From Lingula anatina (lineage: Eukaryota; Animalia; Brachiopoda): 64,000 nucleotides of DNA. A model generated the notes under the pieces. That model was not told the DNA's origin. It did no database searches and saw only the letters and a list, made by a program, of their open reading frames with translations. Both the position numbers and the translations under genes were made by a program. Positions 29,833 to 41,738 of this stretch are shown here, in pieces; within the stretch, counting starts at the first letter, position 1, and each line of letters opens with the position of its first letter. The stretch spans positions 22,616,225 through 22,680,224 of the forward strand of contig CM120640.1 of assembly GCA_051362555.1 (NCBI GenBank), in the 5' to 3' direction.

Positions 29833-30968
29833 GTTGTTTTATAGGTTGAAGAACTAGCGCAGGAGAGGAACCGCGAAGTGGATCGCCACACTAGCAACAA
29901 TGAGTGTTCTCGGAGAGATACCTGCAAAAAAGATAAACAGAAAAATAAAACCTGGTCTTCATTAGCTCGTTGATTGAGGTGATTAGAGCGTGTTCACTTT
30001 AGGGTCTGCCGGTCGTGTCATAATGCATTGCATATATACAGACTGGTAACAATTACTTGAAAGATTTATCTTGTTTTTGTGTAATGGATGGTTTCATATC
30101 TCGTTGTTTTTATGAAAGGGAGACTATAATGGAGATTCCACGTTCCATAATATTTTTTTTTCAAAGAACTCTTAGAAAATCGAATAATAAAACGAATTGG
30201 CTCTTTTTGCACGGTTTGTTTTTCTGTAATGGAGTTTGTAATTAATTTTAATAATATTTAGAAACCTTTTAGCCACACAATAATTAAAACGTCCGAAGCT
30301 TTAGTAATGTCTTTTAATCAAAACATATCGTTTTTTATTAAGATTCAATTAAAATTGTAATAGAAATTGGAATACATTAATTGGAAACAAAAAAAGGCAT
30401 TTGAATGAAAGCGTTCAATTCTGTGACTAAAAGATTCCGTTTGCAAATAGATGGGTACATGCGAGAAGTTTTTGATAAAATTTCAGTTTCAATAGGACCT
30501 TTTGTCAAGTATTATTTGTCAAGTACCTGACCATGTTCCCTGATTCGTATGTTCTGGCGGGAAAATGCTGACAGTAAAATATACTTGCATAAGTATGGTA
30601 GTGTGTGCAAAGCGGGTAGGAAATAGTAAGGACGCTGATCGTTTTATGTGAAAGTCAGCTGATCTGGAAAAAGGACCTTAGAAACCGAAATAAAAAATGA
30701 ACCTTAGGCTGAGGTTAACAAATAACTCAGAGAGTGCATCATGGTTTTGTTCAAACTAGGATTTACCCGTGTAAAATAGCAATTAAGACGTTGATTTTAA
30801 TTTTCCAAACAGGTCACGAAGGGTTTAGGTGTGGGCCCTTCTATAGAATTTCAGCATCATTCATTGCGAAAGGAGACAAATGTGTGTAACTAAATGTACA
30901 GCAGGTTTATAGCAAGCGCGTTAACAGTTTAGTGTTGTGTTTCGCCTAAAGCATTTACTTGAGAGCTG

Positions 30969-31000
<32 letters not shown>

Positions 31001-31211
31001 TAGGCGAAGAGAAATAACTCACAGGGCACAGGTGGAGCACACTTGGTCTTTTTTGACTTATTTATTTTGGAAAGTTAAATTAGCGATCGACGAAGTTACT
31101 TTTGTCTAGCTAAGAAGAAGAGCATTGGTCTCCCTTCTGTTCTGGGTATCTCTCGTGAAATCAGAGAGTTATTCTGCATAACTACAAAGTTGGTTACCAA
31201 AAAGTCTCTAA

Positions 31212-31385
31212 AGCCTCATTCAGAATAGGGGACTAACTAGTTCGAGGGTCAAATATGGCCGACCAACTTGAATACGTCCCCGCAGGATACCTATTCAGTG
31301 TCCATTAGCGGATTAGTAGACAAACTTTGTAGTGGGTCGCCATATTTGACCCCGGACTAGTTAGTCCCCTATTTCGAATGGGACC
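31212..31385. mobile_element. Harbinger-like palindromic MITE, family B
   Basis: c-TAA|agcctcattcagaataggggactaactag...ctagttagtcccctatttcgaatgggacc|TAA, with about 50-bp inverted arms. Confidence 0.85.
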
Positions 31386-31388
31386 TAA

Positions 31389-31676
31389 GAGCGCATTCAG
31401 AACAGATGCTCCGTGGACTAACTAATCCGCTGACTAAATATGGCCGACCCCACGTAAAATCGATGCTGCCAATACTCTGATGGTCTCCCCGCCTCCACAC
31501 GCGCCATCACTGCAGGGGCCTAGCAATTAAACCTCGGAAAGGCGACATTTAATCCGTTTCATTGCACGTGTGGAGGTGGGGAGATCCTCAGGGAATTAGC
31601 GGCATTGCTTTTAAGTGGGGTCTGCCATATTTAGTCGACGGATCAGTTAGATTAGTCCGCGAACCTAAATGAGCTG
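31389..31676. mobile_element. Harbinger-like palindromic MITE, family B variant, adjacent to the previous copy
   Basis: TAA|gagcgcattcag...aaatgagctg|TAA-g. Shares ggactaacta and aaatatggccgacc with the previous copy; ctccccgcctccacacg pairs with cgtgtggaggtggggag. Confidence 0.8.
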
Positions 31677-34530
31677 TAAGTGAGTGTGTGAGGAATACGG
31701 CTTTACAATTTTGATCCTCCATTTTTTGTTCTCTCTCCTACCCTCACTACCCCATTGCCATTTATTGTTTATCATGTTACTATAACAACGGAAATTCATC
31801 TAGTGTTTGAACAAAATGTTAAGTAAAGAAAGACGGGTATTCGTACGTGAATGGAGTTGAATACGTTTCAGTTGTACTACACTGTCTCTATTAGCTGTTA
31901 AACGGGAAACTAATTTTTGTTGGGCCTTCTAAGTACTATATCCGTTTTCTTGCACGAGGTTTACGTTCACCTACCTGAATTGCGTGGAACAGCAAACTCA
32001 GATGACTTGGTTGTTATGTACAGTATGAAAAACGCTCCAAATATTACCGAGCGCTCAAGAAAACTAAGGAAGAGAGCGAGAAAATGTTGCAAAAATTCAA
32101 CTTCAACACGATGTCTTTACTGGTCATATGAAAAAAGAGGAGTTGCTTCGGTTTACATGTGATTTACAGAAGAGTGAGAAGATATTGTATCAATGCCAAC
32201 ATAAAGTTGCTTTTAATGTTTAACAAGTATGCGAAGAGATCAGATTAGGATTATAGGTCTTTGGAAACATTGGCATAGGTTTGTATAAAGTACCAAATAA
32301 TAATAATAATAATAAATAAATAGATAAATAAAGATTGGGAGTTAAAAAAATTATTGATCGTGTTTAATACATGTAATTCTTTAATGAATACCATGTACGA
32401 GTTGCTTTTTGACACCTTTTACTTCACACCGCCGTTCTTGTATCATCATTGGGCGTATTTATTACCGTGTTTTCCATCAGGTAACGTTTAAATACAGTTG
32501 CTTAATCTTCTCAAAGATTAAATATCAATTTTTAAATACGTTTTTCAACAGCTGTGTAAACCTTGTATACCTCATAGAAATTCCCATTTAATACATGCCG
32601 TGGCCTTTCTCAAGTGCTCTAGACAACTCTGCCTAACCTATAGTATTTAAAGATACATCAATCTCATTTTATTATACATAATATCAACAGCATCAACAAT
32701 TTGAAAAGAAAAGGGTTAAAATTCGCAAAGGTTCGAAAAACAGCTGAAGTAGTGTGAACAGACGAGACACTCGATCAAGCTTTCACTGAATTCAATTTTA
32801 TTTGACTCAACTGATAAGTTGTTCGTTGAGGAAGCCACGGTAATCCAATGTGCCTTCAATGCAATTTATATACTATAACAAGACGGTGTTATCAGGACTT
32901 GAAAAACAGAAATGAGCTATTTTTAAAAAATATCATTATTATTATTATTTTTATTTTATTGTATTTATTTATTTATTTCGTTTTATTATTTTTTTATTTT
33001 TATTATTATTATTTTTTTACGACTTACCCAGATACGCATATATCTTTTTAGTCGCATTGGGAAGATGTTCCTTCACACATGGAGGAAATGACCTAGGTCA
33101 CATAATCGTTATTGAAATATTTTACTTATAATCGTTTTAAAATTTAGAGTGCTTAACATTTACTGTGACTAACTTAACAAAGCAAAACAACTTAATTTGG
33201 GCATTGAGATAATATCTTCTCACTCTGCGTGTTAAGCTTCTTTATGAGAAACGTTTTTTTCATTGTGTAAGCAGTGATAAGACACAATTGCGCGGCACAA
33301 CTAATACAATCCCCGCCTTTCTGTGATTTTTCCACATTCTAGGACATTCCGTTTCGTATGCCCAAACCACCATCAAGCAAGCATAGGGATTATAAAGCAT
33401 TATATTCATGTGTCTTCTGAAACACATCATGTTTTAATCATCTTTGTTTTATGAGAACATTTAAGTAGCAAAGAATACAAGGGGAAACTGGTAAGAATAA
33501 AATTGATTATTGTGACACGCGGGTCATTTTGCCCCCGGCTTGCCTGGCTTGTTATTAAAATCGATATCTTTATACAATGTACAGTGAATCAGAAAATGTA
33601 ATTCATCCTCAGTACAGCCAAATTGCAGAAACGATTTTTTCTCCTATATATCGTCATGCTTCCCCTCGAAGCGGTCGTAGGCCTACATGTATTCCGATTC
33701 TAAACTTTGCTAAATGTGTCCTTTCTGATGCGTTTAATGTGTCCTCTCTGAGGTACATTGTCAGTACCTCCATGTTTTTATGGGGGCAAAACAGAAAATA
33801 ACGAATATCTCGATTTTCAATGCTACCCTACTTGTGACTGAAGGTGCACAGTCTAAGATCGGCTTAAGAGATGACAAACGATTAAATGGTTCAGTTTTGC
33901 AGATGTAGGCTATATGCCTTGCGTTCCTACTGCTGATAAGGGTGGATCTTGAAAATTATTTTTCCTTTCCCACCAGATTGGACTAATATTTCCTCGTTTG
34001 AATTAGAGTATCCGTTGTGATTAAATATCGCTCTGAGATACTTATGTACCTCATCCACTTCTAGTATCTTCCCACCAGTTTCCACCAACAGAAATGCTTG
34101 AGTTGTTTGTTTTGATATCAAAAGTATTGGAAGTGCGAATGAGCATTTCGCCCCAATGACTCGCTTCCTACGGCTTGAAGTGGATTAGACGAAGAAAGGA
34201 AAAAGAAGAAAAAGAAAAATACAGTGTACTTTAAATGCACACCGAGTTTCCAAATGAGTTGAGAACGCTTTTGATCGATTAAACGAGTCTGTAAACGCGC
34301 TCGTGCTGCGTTTTAGGCCCAACTGACAAACCAATATTAAGACCCTTTTCACATGGTGCCTTATACTTTTCTGTGTCGCTCCAATTTAAATACATGTATG
34401 TCAACGCGCAAAGGGAGTTGGGAGGTTACTCACTTTCACAAATTTGCTTTCAACAATTTGGACCAATTAAAATTAAATTTAACTGTCCACATTGAGCTCG
34501 TGGCCTCCGTTTAGCTGGCTCTATTACCAG

Positions 34531-34786
34531 GGCCTAGTTTTAGAAACACTGCATAGCACTATCCTGTATATAACACTATCCACTGTATAAAATTGTCATC
34601 CTTTGGGCAGATTCCCAGAGGACAGCATCCAGTTTTAACCAATGGATATCAACATAAAAAAGTAAGGATTTAGCATTTCGGAAACATTATTTTATCAGCA
34701 GGATAACTGACCAGAGGATAATGATTTTATCCAATAGATAGTGTTATCCATAGGATAGTGTTATCCAGTGTTGATGAAACTGGGCC
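34531..34786. mobile_element. MITE with GGCCYAGTTT TIRs and CAG target duplication (animal Harbinger type)
   Basis: c-CAG|ggcctagttt...aaactgggcc|CAG-g. Subterminal ata(g/a)cactatcc repeats are mirrored as gatagtgttat. Confidence 0.8.
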
Positions 34787-36519
34787 CAGGATATTTTAAA
34801 ACTTGTCAATTTCTCCAAATGGTGCGAAACAAAAGTGTACCACACGATATGAAAAGAATCTGTTCAACTTAATTCTCTCTCGGATTTCGATAAAAATAAA
34901 ACATATGCATTTCATACTTTAAAAAGTCCTGCTTTTTGCATTTAGATTTTTAACAAACTGGCAAAATCGTATCGACTGCTCTCAATTGGTCTATACGGGA
35001 ATAAAAGTGAATTTTGATTGATAACGCTTGGAATTTCAGATCTTCTTTATCTCAGACTGCCAGTGATTGAGAAATAATTAGCCGAGAGGGATGGAGCTTT
35101 GATGTGCTTACGTGATACTGTAAGACGGAAAAAGTTGAATGGAAAAAATCACAAAACAGATGTAAGCTGTTTCCTGCGTAAAACTGCCACTATTCATCAA
35201 GCAGAAGTATATGCAATTTCGTGTAATGGCCCTCGGCTTCACTAGAAACTCGCTTTTTCTTGGCTCATTTGTCGTAAAAACAAAATTGCAGGCAATATAT
35301 AGGGCTAATAATGAAAGTACACTTAGTCTAAATCTAACATACATACTAATTTACTGAATTTGGTTCTTGAAAATTTTACAGGCGCATATGAATACCTGTT
35401 CCCACTAGAGCACGCCAATAGATACCTCGTCATTTCTACAAATGAAAAAACAGTTGCACCCTACGTGCCAGGTTTGAATACTGAGAGAAACGCTTTCTCC
35501 TAAGTAGCCCCTACAAGTGTTTATAATACCTTAAAAACCACATAATATACTCTTACCTCTTTTATCATGTGTTATTATAGGTATAGGTTAGGGCGTTTCC
35601 TATGATTTTTAACTCGTGTCCTGCTGGTTGGTATATTAATGTACTATAATACACCGGTGTGAAAGACCTTACCTACTGTCTAGTCTTCGAATCCCTTAAT
35701 GAAAATCTAGGTTCTAAATTTCATATCCAAATGAAAACCAATGGACTTTCAAAAATTAAAAATGTTAATTTGCCTGGCATTCGTGCAAGGTTAAGTGAGT
35801 AGTTTTTAATGGGTAATGACGCAAGGAAATTCAAGCTTCATGATTTGTCTTCACGCACTGCCGTTGCAAACCGGCTGTTATCTGTCCAATAATGTATGGC
35901 AAACCATTATTTTACATTATCGACTCAACTTTAGATTGCAATATAAAAAAATTTCTACAGTCATCGAAACAAAGAAAAGAACAGCCCTACCAAGACAACA
36001 GAACAACACAAGTGAACACAAATCGAAAGGTGAAGTAGTCCAGTAAATCCGAGATTGTTCTACCAGTTCTAAACACCCTTCTTAAACAAGAGTTAAAAAT
36101 GCGAGTATTTTTCAAAAGGGGTCTCTTTATCTGCGCAAAACTGTATATCTTCAAATGCTCTGAAGAAAGCAAAACGAATGGATAATGAACCTTTGACGAA
36201 GAAAGATCCATGTCAAAGGGGATGGCACACTTAACTGACAGCCGAAATTGAGTTTTCTAACAGATAACAGGTGATTTCGATGCAACGCACATAAATGAAG
36301 TTAGCACTCAAGCATGATGTTTTTTATACTACCACAGAAATCTCTTCTCTGCCACCAAGACACGTCTGTCTAGATTACTAGTATGGAGAAATGCCTTGCA
36401 AATGGATTTCATATCTAAGCTTTGTTGGTTAACAAAGAGGACCTAAAAGATGAAAACTGAAAAGATGAGAGTGTCCAAAAGACTATGGAACCCAACTTGA
36501 TAATGTACCGCCTCGATAC

Positions 36520-36600
36520 CCTCTACCAGATCCACTGATTGATTTTTTTACTAGATATTCACAGATAATGTCTTGCTAAATTTGGTCAATCTTCTGTGAC
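36520..36600 (-). mobile_element. Partial copy of the CCCTCTACCAG MITE
   Basis: ta|ccctctaccagatccac.gattg.ttttt.actagatattcaca is the reverse complement of the right end of 36952-37070. Confidence 0.65.
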
Positions 36601-36951
36601 CCTGTTCTGAAATCTGTAGGTTGATTACATGACTGCTGATTGTTTGCCAAACTACTCAGGAATTGCCACTTAACTATGTACTGCCAAACCCCCCTGACAA
36701 CAATCAAGATAGTTAATTGCTCTGATTTTAATCACTTGCTCTTTTGTGACAGATAAAAATATCCCTTTCTGAATAGCTTGTTACTTCAGATTGAAGTTAA
36801 CTGAGGAATCTCCTGTAGTAGCTCCCTACAGAGCCGGTACAATGTCGTCTGCGCGCGTGCAGATTTAATTGCTTCCATCTGGCCAAAAGTTACAGGGTGG
36901 AAAATGTGGAAATTTTGCCTATAATATCTGCCGCCTTGAGGGAACGAGCTA

Positions 36952-37070
36952 CCCTCTACCAAAGCGCAGATTAATAATGTGCACTTCTTTCCAAGAAATG
37001 TGGCATGAATTGTCCAGAGACATATTTGTGAATATCTAGTGAAAAACCAATCTGTGATCCTGGTAGAGGG
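36952..37070 (+). mobile_element. Complete 119-bp MITE with TA target duplication (Tc1/mariner-type signature)
   Basis: TA|ccctctacca...tggtagaggg|TA. Three further copies in the window. Confidence 0.85.
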
Positions 37071-39671
37071 TAGGAGCGAGCACAGTTTATATGTCTATGC
37101 CATGCTGGCGAGGCCATAGGTCATTCAGAGATCTAAGATAAGTAATGAAATACAGCTACTGTCAAACAAGCTAAGTGCGGCACTAGTAGATAAAAATTTA
37201 AGCACTCCTCAAAAAAGGTTTAATCAGCTTTCCAGCGTTTTACAGAAGAAAAAGCAGCAAAATTAAGTTTAACTGTTCCAAACATTGTGGGGGTTTGCCA
37301 ATATTCATTGTCATACAGAGAGAACTGCGTGTAATGCTAACCTTAAGAAACACTGAATAATTGGAATTCGAGTATCTGTTCAATAATGATACATTAGAGT
37401 GACATAAGTAAGCCTCCTAACAGCTACTTGACACCCACTACGGTGCATATTCCTGTCTTGCTACGAAATGATTCATAAAAAATGTACATGTACGAGTAGG
37501 CTGCTCTTTTTTGAATGCACTAAACGACACACGACTTTGGTATAAATAGCTAGATTTTTAAAAGATGCCTTCAATTGAATGTATAGGTCTACTAAGCTAT
37601 CTCCTGTACTTATCATTTATCTGTTCCTGTTTTTTTTTCGTCTGGTCATAAATTCATTACCTAAACTGTATCTTTCTAGCAAAGTGTTCTTTTTCAAATT
37701 TCATTTCAATCAGGCAAAGTGCATCTGTAAAATATATGTCAAATATTAAAAAGATTAAAATACTAAAAGCTACTAACCGATCACTATCAAACACAAGAAC
37801 TTAACGGCTTAAATGTAAGTGCAAGTGTCTAATTCCCTTTGACTTGAATCTCTTCTTGTTAAAAGGTTCGTTGTACCATCAGCGTACACGCTAAATACCT
37901 TGAATTTGACCTTAGAACCACGTCGTCCAGCCTTATTCGGCTTCGTCCGGCCTTATTCCGACATTGACGTCAAGCAAAATAAATAAATAAATAAATAAAT
38001 GAAAAATAGTAATTCTTCTCAAAAGGTAAATAAAATATAAACAATCCACCAGTTAAGAGAAAAACCTTATGCCTCATGTGAAAGCGTTGTCGTTTTATTT
38101 GAGAGCCAGTCGTGAACCAAGATATCTAACGGAAACTCTTGTTATATTTAAGAGATCATATTATTTAGTCTCCGATGAATGTTAAGCAGCTGTGACATAA
38201 GTATTTGGGTTATCTTAGTTAACAATTTACGACTGTAGTGGTAATAAATAATCGACTGGTATTCCTGAAAATATCGACTAAATATAATCAATGTCAAAAA
38301 TTTAAACGTTATCAGCATATTAGATGGGCCATAATCTTTATACAGGCAATCTTTATCTAGTATTCACCATGATTATTTCATTGCTCGATATCATATCATA
38401 GTAATGCACAGTTTAACAACGGAACCTTATGCTCTTAATTTATATAAGATCTTAGGTATGTAAAGTAGAAACTTATTGCCTCCCTTCAAAATATATAAGT
38501 TTTTGTACGACCAACGCGCTTCGTGTATACTAAAAAATGCTGGTGCTCTGATAGGTGAAAAATATATTTAAGTATTCAATACACATCTTAGTGCGATTTC
38601 CAGAAAGGCAACTACTTACCTGGTGAAATGTGTTCTTTTTAATCTGAAAGGGGTTCTCGCTTTTAGCATACATAGATGCAGTGTATACAAATGTATATTC
38701 GCTGCAGCAAAGACCTATAAATATCGATGTTAGCGCACCTGGTGATGAGTAAAGGAAATAATGACGACAGGGATTATCAGTTGAATGCGATTACGAAATG
38801 AGATATTCCCAAAAGAAAGAAGCCCCGCTTAAATGAAGATATCTTAAACCCTTTTCTTTTCAGGAAATATCCAAAAATTTCAAAATGATATTTATCAACG
38901 GTTCATTTTTCTTGTAGTTAACGATTATTCTGACTCTCCAAAATTCCTTTTTTTTACCATCAGTAACCTATCACTTGTCCGTCGAATGCGATTGCGAAAT
39001 AGATTATCCCAAAGAAGAATTCGTGCTTTAAAGAAAGACGTGTATTTTTTACATCTCTTTGTTTCAGGAAATAGAGGAAAAGGAATGTTATTGATCAAAT
39101 TTCTTGGAATTTATTGCCCATCTGATTCTGCAAAATTATTTCTACAGCATCAATTTTTTAGACACAAAAGAGTTGTATACCGAATTGTTGCAACATTCTT
39201 GGAAAGTGGCAATAGTGACAGTCTGTTTGGATATCATGAAAAATTGAACATATTTGAACTTTCCACAGTTGATCTGCGCAGAAAGCACATGTATAAAGAA
39301 CCTTGGACTCAAGATAATGAAGGTGTGAGAATATTACTTTGAAAAGTAACTGAAAGAATGCATGCACCGGGGAAGGAGAGGGGATAGTTTGGTCTAGTAA
39401 TCAAGAGAAACGACATTTTGCATGCAGGCCTATAGGCCTATATAAGCCCATGCACTCAATTTTGTTCTTTGCATTTAATTATGATGTTATAATGCCAATT
39501 TCTCTGTTTTGTCATTTTATAATAAATATTGTTTTCACCTATTTCTCTGATAATGTCGCATTATTTCATATCATATTTTCATTGGTTCACCGACCAATGT
39601 AGAATTAGGCCTAACCCACCAAATACAATTAGATATAAAATCCACATTATCAGTTCGATTACCTACTGGGC

Positions 39672-39967
39672 CTGGGCGGATCCGGGATTATTTTAAGGGG
39701 GTACGCAGATACTAAGCAGACCCCCCCCCCCAATCCCCACCCTTAGCGTAGGTTTCGGGGTCCGGTGAAGGGAAATATTTTGGTATTTTAGAGGGCGAAT
39801 GGCACGTGCCATTTGGTACGATTTAGAACTAGGCCTATACTATGCAGCTAGTCAAAATTCTAATTTCAAGAGGGGACCACTGATGTGAACTTTGTCAGAA
39901 ATCGAAAGGGGGGGGGGGGGGGGGGGGGGGTCATCCCCCCGCTGACACCCCCCCAAATCCGCCACTG
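39672..39967 (-). mobile_element. CAGTGGCGGAT-family element, inverted copy upstream of glycogen synthase
   Basis: ctgggcggatcc...aaatccgccactg. Internal gtgccatttggtacg and ctagtcaaaattc.aatttcaagagggg match 5058-5338 in reverse. Confidence 0.75.
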
Positions 39968-40670
39968 CTATAGGCGTAGGCTATATAGCTGCCTGCAATT
40001 CAGATAGGCCTATATACCGCACTCACGCTCACACACGCACACACACACATACACACACGTAGCCTTCACACACAGACTTGCCTGTTCAAGAAACCACACC
40101 TTTAGATATCTTGAATTATTTATTAGATCTTATCATTATCGCATATTCATACCATTTTATTTTGTATCAAGATTAGACTTCCAGACAAATCATAAGTTAA
40201 GATAGTAGAAAATCTAAACGATTTTGCTCAATAATAGGATATAAAGGGTCTGGTGTATCGGCCCGGTTTTTTTTTTCCAAATGCGGCTAAGGCTCAAACA
40301 AATCCATCATAAAGGGATTTGTTGCTGACGTTTCTATGACGTTTGCGGTATTTTGTTGACAACACGATGCAGATTTTCACCCACAGTCCGAACACATTGG
40401 AACCACATTTTGCGCAACTTGGCGTGCGTCACGGGCCATCGAGCGTACCATATAAGTTATATGTAAGAAAGGAAAAAACGCAACTATTTGAATGTTTGCA
40501 TGCCTCGTCGGTAGCTTTTATGATTACTCGTAAATAAGCAATTTTTTTTCCAAAAAAATTCGCCGAAACTTGATGAGTTAAGTAAGGTGCTGGGGCTGGT
40601 CGCAACTTGCGTATCGTGCTGCCATCTACAGGCACTAAAGGTCAAGGACAGCAAGGACGAGCCACTGAAG

Positions 40671-41660
40671 ATGAGACGAGTCAGGTCTGGAAGCTTTGCC
40701 CGGTCGTTGCGAAGTGTTGAGCCAGAATTTGATGACTATGTGCTAGATAGGGGTGACCGTGCAGAATCTCAAAACAAGTTCGTTTTCGAGTGTGCATGGG
40801 AAGTTGCAAACAAAGGTGAGGATGGGAAACCCCAAAAGGTGATTCTTGTCGTGCAGGCTGCACAGAGCGGAAAGACGCGTACAATTTAGATACTATCCGA
40901 GGAAAGCTATACATGGGTTGTGTACTATTGCAAATGTTACAGTGTATCGATAACTGTTACATTTTCTTATCTGATAAGATGGCTATCAGTGTTTTATGAA
41001 TAAAAGTTTACTTAACATGCACAAACATTTGTAATGAAGGTCACACTGAGGTCACATACACTGACACAGAAAGTCAAGTCTTCTCAAAAGTGCAATATCC
41101 TATGTAAGGTAGTTAAAACCTTCAAGGAAAATAAATTTTCAAAGTCTTGGAACTCAATCCCCTTCAAATTACATTTTTATGTATAATTCATAATTAAGTA
41201 TTATTTTAATCAAAATAATTATCAAATGGTGTTTACATTTTGCTTTGTAATAAAATGTGATTAATGACATGTCAATCTTTTTATCTTATTCTTGATTTGT
41301 CTATTTTTGCCAAAATTCCCATGTTATCCATTGTGATTAAGGAGCTCTGAGCTGCATCTCTGTTCTGAATGTTGTTTGATTGCAAAATCATCATATCATA
41401 ACACTCTTATTACCAAACATCTGCATCTTTGAATTTCCAGTTGGTGGTATCTACACAGTAATTAAGACCAAAGCAGGGATCAGTGTGGATGAACTAGGAG
41501 AGCAGTACTGTTTACTTGGACCATACAATGAATCCTGTGTCAGGACAGAAGTTGAAATCATTGAGCCGTCATTTGCTCCTCTCAAGGATACCATTTACCA
41601 AATGCGCGATAAGGGAATCAAGGTAAGATGTGTGATCCATACACAGGGATTTTTTTTTTT

Positions 41661-41738
<78 letters not shown>

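Noticed and set aside
29950-30020. tRNA or tRNA-derived SINE head (tagctcg...ttagagcgtg)
   Set aside because: No B-box or cloverleaf could be built
38986-39342. 118-aa ORF upstream of GYS
   Set aside because: No recognisable domain; AT-rich composition consistent with a chance ORF
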